A DNA stretch of 64,000 bases from an uncultured Hyphomicrobiales bacterium (GTDB lineage: Bacteria; Bacteroidota; Ignavibacteria; Kapaibacteriales; UBA2268). The DNA lies in assembly GCA_964513465.1 (NCBI GenBank), contig CAZEMR010000002.1, positions 57,479-121,478 on the forward strand. The letters run 5' to 3'. The notes beneath the pieces are model-generated. The model saw only the letters and a list, made by a program, of their open reading frames with translations, was not told the DNA's origin and made no database searches. The position numbers and the translations under genes are program-made. Positions 58,694 to 64,000 of this stretch are shown here, one piece after another. Each line of letters starts with the position of its first letter. Within the stretch, counting starts at the first letter, position 1.

Positions 58694-61456
58694 TTATCTG
58701 ACGAGCGCAATAGGCAGGCGGGCTGTGCGGTCGCCCGAGCGGGCTATCACATAATATGTGCCCGAAGCCAGTTTGGCTGCGTCGAAGTCTGCTGTGTATT
58801 CGCCGTTGCTGTGGTATCCCGAAGCCAGATTGGCAACCACATTGCCAAGCGCGTCGACAATTGTGATTTCAATATTCTGCGGCTGGGAGATAGCATAGCG
58901 GATTGTTGTATTGGATACGAACGGGTTCGGTCCGGCGGTCATTTCGAGGCCGTCGATCGAAGCCACTCCGTCTTCGACTGAGTTCGCACCGCCATTGCCC
59001 GCGAGCGGGATGTCGAATGTGGTTTCGTCGGAGTCGTTCGAAAGTATGCGAAGCACTGCCTGGTCGTATGTTTCCACTTCGGCGGGGGTGAAAGTAACGA
59101 TTACATTGATAGCATCGAGCGGTTCGAGTACGATGGGGAATTCATGATTGCCCTGAATCTGTACTTTGAATACGCCGGTTTCGTCGTTGTGGATATAAAT
59201 ATCGTTGATGACAAGGTTCTCGTCGCCGTCGTTTTCGATTACAATGATCTTGGGCGAGTTTTCGCCGACAGTTACTTTGCCGAAGTCGATGTCGGCCACA
59301 GTGCTGATGCTCGGGCCTGTGCCGGGCTGGGTGCCAACGCCATTGAGCATGATCGACTGAATGCCTGCGTCTTCGTCATTGCTTTCTACTTCGATGCCGG
59401 GTGTGTCGTATGTTTTAGCTTCTGTAGGAGTAAACGATACGGTGATGTCATAGCTGCCTTCGGCATCGATGCGCAGCGGGAGATTGGGCTTGTCGACAAA
59501 TGCGAAGACTTCGTCGTCGTTCCAGAAGAAATCGAGCTTGGTGATAACCAGTTCCTGGTTGCCGCGGTTTTCGATTTTGAATGTTTCTTCGGTTGTTGTG
59601 TTAACATTGACTTCGCCGAAGTCGAGATTCAGAGTGCTGAGATAGAGCGAGGGGCCGTCTTCGACGATTACCTTATCCAGCCACTGCCAGATGCGTCCCA
59701 TAAGCTGTTCGCGGTCGTCTGCGCTGGGGATTGCTTTAAAGGGGAACGCCAGATAAACCAGTTTGCCATCGCCGCGGACTACGTTGTAGCCACCGCCGTG
59801 GGTCTGGTCATTATCGAAATACAGGAATTTCTCGGCGGGGCTTCCGCTCATTTTTTCAAAAATTTCGGTATAAAACACATAATAAGGATGTGTGCTTGGA
59901 TTATATTTATTCATATCGAAATTCAGGTCGTCGCCGATTTCGTGGCCGTTTACGCCTTTGCAATTGAATTCGGTGAAGCCTGTGATCTGGTTGTTGCTGT
60001 TGGTGGTGAAGCGTCTGATAGGTTCGCCCGAAGACTGGATCATCAGAGTGCCTTCGTAGAAGGATTTGCCAAGGGCCGAAGGATACTGACCGCTAAGCTG
60101 GGCGTATTCCACTTCGGCGCATACGAGCACTTTTTTGCCGGCATTGAGCATGCTGCTGATTGCGCTCATCACGTACTGATTCATCGACGATACGGATGCG
60201 CCGATAAGCCCGCGGCTATTGAAATCGACCGAGAATATCGCGCGCTCGAAACCGCTCGACGGATAAGCAGTCATGACGCCGGAATGGATCGGCAGAATAG
60301 CTGTTTTTTGGGCATAGCTGCCGATTTCCGTAAAGGCGTTATACTCGAATCCGATAGCGTTGTTCGATCCGGTATAGATCACGTTTTCGGTGTTGTCGGT
60401 CAGCGCATAGATAGAGATTTCCTGGGCGATCGGTATTTGGGAAACGTCTGTGGGCACAGCGTTGATCACCAGCGCAACAAAGCCAGCCTGCTGACCGGGT
60501 GTGATGCTGACGTTGATTGATTTGGTTTCGCCCGGAGTAAGAGTTACTTCGGTTTCGCTAAGGTCGACCATGAAATCTTCCGGCTTAGCGGATTTATCTT
60601 CGTTCAGAGAAAGCGCAACAGTCATTTCTTCATCGGTTGGATTGGTAACGGTGAAGGTCTCGGTTGTGGTTTCCGAAGCCGGAATGGTAAGGAATGTGGT
60701 CTCATAATCAAGCTGGGCGCGGATAGTTTCCAGTGTGGTTCCGGCCTGGAGCACCTCTTTATCGCTGTCGTCCTGTACCCAAGCGGCGATGAACATACCA
60801 TCGGCATTCCAGTCGGAATTTATTGTGTATCCATAGTCGAAGCTGCTTTCGCTGCCTGCGGCGATCGAAAGAAGCTGGCCGGTGGGGCTGGGGAGCATTT
60901 CGCGCGCTATGAAATAGAAATCCTTTTCGCCGTTGCTGCCGGCATCTTCGTAATAATGATAGAATTCGACAATCGCAACGCGCAGCCGGACACCATTCAG
61001 TGCGTCGTCCGAGGCTACGGTTACGGTAAAGTCCATATTCATGCCGTCGCGGGTTTCGTCGATAGTAATAGTTATCGGCGAGGTGGTTCCGGCATAGGTG
61101 TTTATTTCGGTCTTGACATCATTCAGATGGCCTGGGTTCTCGCTGAACGTACCGTTGACTCTGGCATTGGGCACACCGGTAACGCCATAATACGAGGTGC
61201 GGGAATTGTACATTGTGGGATTTGCGCTGTATATCACATCCGAGTCGGGGAAGCTTGTTCGGAAAATAACCGGAACGACATTGTCGAGATTTTCCAGCAG
61301 ATAATCCTGGAAAGCCGGGTTAACGTTTGCGCACGGACCGCACGATGCATTTGTGAATTCCTCTACCAGCACCAGCCGGGGGGATTCTGCGAATAATGTT
61401 GTCGCGCTCATAATAAAAGCTGCGAGCAACATGAAAATTGTAGTCTTGCGTCTCAT
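58694..61456 (-). CDS. large secreted multi-domain protein with CGPC motif-containing N-terminal domain (thioredoxin/Omp28-like?) and T9SS C-terminal sorting domain
   Basis: Signal peptide MRRKTTIFMLLAAFIMSATTLFA. LVEEFTNASCGPCANV near the N-terminus. C-terminal CTD (GPNPFVSNTTIRYAISQPQNIEITIVDALGN...GTYYVIARSGDRTARLPIALVR). Confidence 0.65.
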   Translation of the reverse strand: MRRKTTIFMLLAAFIMSATTLFAESPRLVLVEEFTNASCGPCANVNPAFQDYLLENLDNVVPVIFRTSFPDSDVIYSANPTMYNSRTSYYGVTGVPNARVNGTFSENPGHLNDVKTEINTYAGTTSPITITIDETRDGMNMDFTVTVASDDALNGVRLRVAIVEFYHYYEDAGSNGEKDFYFIAREMLPSPTGQLLSIAAGSESSFDYGYTINSDWNADGMFIAAWVQDDSDKEVLQAGTTLETIRAQLDYETTFLTIPASETTTETFTVTNPTDEEMTVALSLNEDKSAKPEDFMVDLSETEVTLTPGETKSINVSITPGQQAGFVALVINAVPTDVSQIPIAQEISIYALTDNTENVIYTGSNNAIGFEYNAFTEIGSYAQKTAILPIHSGVMTAYPSSGFERAIFSVDFNSRGLIGASVSSMNQYVMSAISSMLNAGKKVLVCAEVEYAQLSGQYPSALGKSFYEGTLMIQSSGEPIRRFTTNSNNQITGFTEFNCKGVNGHEIGDDLNFDMNKYNPSTHPYYVFYTEIFEKMSGSPAEKFLYFDNDQTHGGGYNVVRGDGKLVYLAFPFKAIPSADDREQLMGRIWQWLDKVIVEDGPSLYLSTLNLDFGEVNVNTTTEETFKIENRGNQELVITKLDFFWNDDEVFAFVDKPNLPLRIDAEGSYDITVSFTPTEAKTYDTPGIEVESNDEDAGIQSIMLNGVGTQPGTGPSISTVADIDFGKVTVGENSPKIIVIENDGDENLVINDIYIHNDETGVFKVQIQGNHEFPIVLEPLDAINVIVTFTPAEVETYDQAVLRILSNDSDETTFDIPLAGNGGANSVEDGVASIDGLEMTAGPNPFVSNTTIRYAISQPQNIEITIVDALGNVVANLASGYHSNGEYTADFDAAKLASGTYYVIARSGDRTARLPIALVR

Positions 61457-61826
61457 CGGGGACTCCTCTATTAGTAGAAAAAAGCATTAATAAAAATTAA
61501 TTATTCAGGGTAATATAAATCAATCTAACTGGATGACACGATATACTTGATAAAAGTTACAATTATTAAAATGCTGTTTTACCGGATTAACACAATCTTA
61601 ATATTAATCAAGTACTAAAAATAAAGATAATTCTTCTAAAAGCAAAAAAATTATTATTTTTTAAGCTGAATCTCATTCAGTCCTTGCTAAATCTAAGATT
61701 GTTATCAAAATAACACATTCGGAGGCGGTTTGTCACAATTTCAGGATTTTTCATTCGTTATATAATTACTGAAATTAAAATTTGCAGATTTAATTTGGAA
61801 TCTGTAAATTTGTAAGCTACAAAGAT

Positions 61827-61902
61827 GGCGGGAGTAGCTCAGTAGGTAGAGCACCAGATTGTGGCTCTGGTGGTCGCGAGTTCAAGTCTCGTCTCTCGCC
61901 CC
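61827..61902 (+). tRNA. tRNA-His (anticodon GTG) with genomically encoded G-1; 3' end CC encoded, terminal A not encoded
   Basis: Manual cloverleaf fold. A 7-bp acceptor stem (two G-U pairs), D-arm GCTC/GAGC, anticodon stem CCAGA/TCTGG with loop TTGTGGC, and T-arm GCGAG/CTCGT with TTCAAGT. The extra 5' G pairs with discriminator C73, which is His-specific. Coordinates are accurate to 2-3 nt. Confidence 0.8.
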
Positions 61903-61910
61903 TAAGCACT

Positions 61911-61940
61911 GGCTGTCCGGTTCGGACAGCCTTTTTTTTT
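61911..61940 (+). terminator. rho-independent terminator downstream of tRNA-His
   Basis: ggctgtccg-gttc-ggacagcc hairpin followed by T9. Confidence 0.8.
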
Positions 61941-62355
61941 GATTAATTTATTTTGAAATCATCTCTGCTGTTCCGCGTTTATTAAGCCCCGAATCGTTAA
62001 TATTCTGGTATTGATATGTAGTCAATGCCGGAATAATTTTAATCTGATATAAATCGCCCGGCATATTAAAATAAAATATTTCAAATGCAATTGTATAATA
62101 AAATTTTGCAGATGTGATTGTTGTGTGTGCTGCGTTGCAATCAGAAATTATTGAATTGATTATTATTATAATCATGGTTGCCGGAGGCCGATCCGGTTTG
62201 CGCGGGATTATGTTTACGATGTGCTCTCGAATGCATTTAAATTCACGTTCCTGCACGTGTTTGCATTAATTCTGCTGATTCAAGTGCACCTGATTTCAGT
62301 GATATTTTCGGGTTTATGCGCAGTTTTGCGGGTGCTTGCATTCGAAGAGCTTATT

Positions 62356-62388
62356 CAATAAAAAAGGAGGCGATTGCCTCCTTGTTTT
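62356..62388 (-). terminator. rho-independent terminator downstream of yidC (minus strand; hairpin also readable on plus strand)
   Basis: ggaggc-gatt-gcctcc hairpin flanked by an A8 run, which is a T-run on the minus strand, and ttgtttt. Confidence 0.7.
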
Positions 62389-62404
62389 ATAATCATATCT
62401 GTTA

Positions 62405-63922
62405 TTATTTCTTTTTCTTACGCTGATATTTTGTTTTTGTGCTGCCGCCGCGCTGTCCGGGAACGCTTCTGCCCTGTGATTCTGCGACTTCCTGGGCTTC
62501 GCGCATTTTTTTCTGGAACCAGCCTTCTTTTTTGGGCGCTTTCTTGAGGTCTTCGAGCGTAATTTTCTTTCTCGAAAACTTCTCGATGTAGACCTGCTGC
62601 CCGATTCCGAGGAGGTTGAACACAAAATAGTAGAGGTTCAGGCCCGATGGGAATGAAGAGAAAATCAGGGTGAACATGACTGGCATTATATATATCATGC
62701 CTTTCTGGCGCGGGTCGGTGATGGTCATCTTCTGCTGGATGAACATGGTAACGCCCATCAGCAGGGCGAGTCCGGAGAATTTATCCATACCGAAAAGCGG
62801 TATTTTGAATGGCAGCTCGAGTATTACGTCGGGCTGGGATAAGTCGTTGATCCATAAGACGAAATCGGCCTGGCGGAGGTCTATTGCGGTGCGCAGAACC
62901 GTCCACATTGAGTAAAGGATAGGCATCTGGAGCAACAGCGGCAGGCACCCGCTGGCGGGATTGATACCGTATTGGGAGTATAGTCCCATTAACTCCTTCT
63001 GCTGTTTGGTGTTATCGTCTTTATATTTTTCGCGGATTTTTTGCATTTCCGGGCCGAGCAGCTTCATTTTCTGAGCCGAGCGCATCTGCTGGATCGAGAG
63101 CGGATAGAGTAAGAACTTGATAATTATAGCAAATATGATGATTGATATACCATAGTTCGGCACGAATTTGTGAATGAAATGGAATATCGGCAGCATGAAG
63201 TACTCGCCGATAGGGGCTACTATCCATTCGAAGCCGAAATTGATTGTGGACTCAAGGCCATAGCTGCTTAGCAGGTCGTAGTCCATAGGCCCGATGAATA
63301 CACGGTATTTGTCCGTCTGGACTCCGCCGTCGTAGGGTACGCGCAGGCTCATGGCGTATTGCTCGACGATGCCTTCGTCTTTGACGTAATGCCTTGTGCC
63401 ATAAAGGTCTACGGTGCCGTCGAATGATTGATAGGGCTGCGGGATAATGGCCGCTTCGAAGTATTTTATCTTGACTGCGGCGAAGTCCACCAGGCCAGTG
63501 ACGCTGGTTTCGACGGGTTCGTTTTCGTCGGCGTCGAGCTGTTCCATTTCGCCATTAAGTGACACCATAGCAAGGGCTTCGGCGGATTCGTCGACGGAGT
63601 TGGATTCCTGATATCGCAAGCCTTTGTCCCAGCCGAAATTATATCCGCGCGAGGGGATGACACTCTGCATATTTTCGAGTACGATTTCTGCGTCGAGATG
63701 ATACTTATCTCCGTAGAATGTAAGGCGTTTAACCAATGCGCGCTGGTCGTCTATCGGGATGCGCGCGGTGAGTGTATAGCTGTCGTTGCCGGAGATTTTG
63801 TAGTAATCCTTGTCGGCATCGAGCTGGAAGTAGAGTTCGCGCGAGTCGATCTGTTTGCTTTCCATTGTGAGGAATGTGACGAACAGTTCGCCTTCGGTTT
63901 TCCAGATAAGTCGGGTCGGCAC
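62405..63922 (-). CDS. yidC: membrane protein insertase YidC; the ORF in the window lacks the N-terminal TM segment, so the gene probably continues beyond the window end
   Basis: Conserved YidC/Oxa1 core (ISIIIFAIIIKFLLYPLSIQQMRSAQKMKLLGPEMQKIREKY...GCLPLLLQMPILYSMW). Long periplasmic domain. Basic C-terminal tail. Confidence 0.85.
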   Translation of the reverse strand: MPTRLIWKTEGELFVTFLTMESKQIDSRELYFQLDADKDYYKISGNDSYTLTARIPIDDQRALVKRLTFYGDKYHLDAEIVLENMQSVIPSRGYNFGWDKGLRYQESNSVDESAEALAMVSLNGEMEQLDADENEPVETSVTGLVDFAAVKIKYFEAAIIPQPYQSFDGTVDLYGTRHYVKDEGIVEQYAMSLRVPYDGGVQTDKYRVFIGPMDYDLLSSYGLESTINFGFEWIVAPIGEYFMLPIFHFIHKFVPNYGISIIIFAIIIKFLLYPLSIQQMRSAQKMKLLGPEMQKIREKYKDDNTKQQKELMGLYSQYGINPASGCLPLLLQMPILYSMWTVLRTAIDLRQADFVLWINDLSQPDVILELPFKIPLFGMDKFSGLALLMGVTMFIQQKMTITDPRQKGMIYIMPVMFTLIFSSFPSGLNLYYFVFNLLGIGQQVYIEKFSRKKITLEDLKKAPKKEGWFQKKMREAQEVAESQGRSVPGQRGGSTKTKYQRKKKK

Positions 63923-64000
63923 CCCGTCCCATTTTTTATAATTCTTTAATTCCCATTGGATTAAAGAGCCGCCTCGATTGCTGATTTTGGCCTTGACCAG

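Noticed and set aside
61948-62256. The 102-aa ORF downstream of tRNA-His.
   Set aside because: It has extreme AT-rich, Ile/Asn-rich composition with no RBS. It overlaps terminator and hairpin structures and is most likely non-coding.
1-64000. A search for CRISPR arrays, rRNA genes, IS elements, and toxin-antitoxin or obvious phage-defence cassettes.
   Set aside because: I found no regularly spaced short direct repeats, no rRNA-like conserved stretches, no transposase motifs (DDE/HTH) and no small paired ORFs with TA architecture. The only recombinase is the degenerate Xer-like gene.

Overview
This ~64 kb window looks like a chromosomal segment from a Gram-negative bacterium, most plausibly in the FCB superphylum (Bacteroidota, Ignavibacteriota or Calditrichota-like). 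Genes are roughly 50-58% GC and sit between AT-rich intergenic islands. At least eight proteins end in a type IX secretion (T9SS) C-terminal sorting domain, and there are a partial YidC that probably continues beyond the window end, OmpA/TolB-like outer-membrane proteins and several lipoproteins. I saw no CRISPR array and no rRNA.

Housekeeping genes recognised with good confidence: rlmD, queE, coaX, fetAB, gltX, trpF, a NUDIX hydrolase, hemC/hemB/hemL, alkaline phosphatase and tRNA-His(GTG) with an encoded G-1.

Envelope and LPS-related genes: two GT2 enzymes, a GT9 heptosyltransferase, an LpxH-like phosphoesterase and a beta-barrel outer-membrane protein.

Signalling genes occupy about 35.1-51.0 kb: a sigma-54 activator, an HDOD response regulator, CheY, three MCPs, two CheW, a CheR-TPR, a ChpA/FrzE-like multi-Hpt CheA-CheY hybrid, CheB, and a response regulator fused to a PP2C phosphatase.

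The most unusual element is a 775-aa protein that fuses an N-terminal STAS (anti-sigma-factor-antagonist) domain to a C-terminal APH/eukaryotic-like kinase-fold domain. It is inserted inside the hemC-hemB-X-hemL operon, directly downstream of the Che-like system whose output is the PP2C phosphatase. I propose the two form an undescribed partner-switching-like module.

Other oddities:
- an exact ~232 bp tandem duplication inside cheA that encodes two identical Hpt domains;
- a catalytically degenerate Xer-like integrase homologue;
- a heptosyltransferase with a Cys4 N-terminal extension;
- a GT2 with a highly basic Q/K/R-rich tail;
- two paralogous lipoproteins, one carrying an internal domain duplication;
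- an arylsulfotransferase-like protein and a YD-repeat protein that are both T9SS cargo.

Coordinates follow the supplied ORF track. Coordinates I derived by eye, such as the tRNA, hairpins and internal starts, should be treated as accurate to a few nt.
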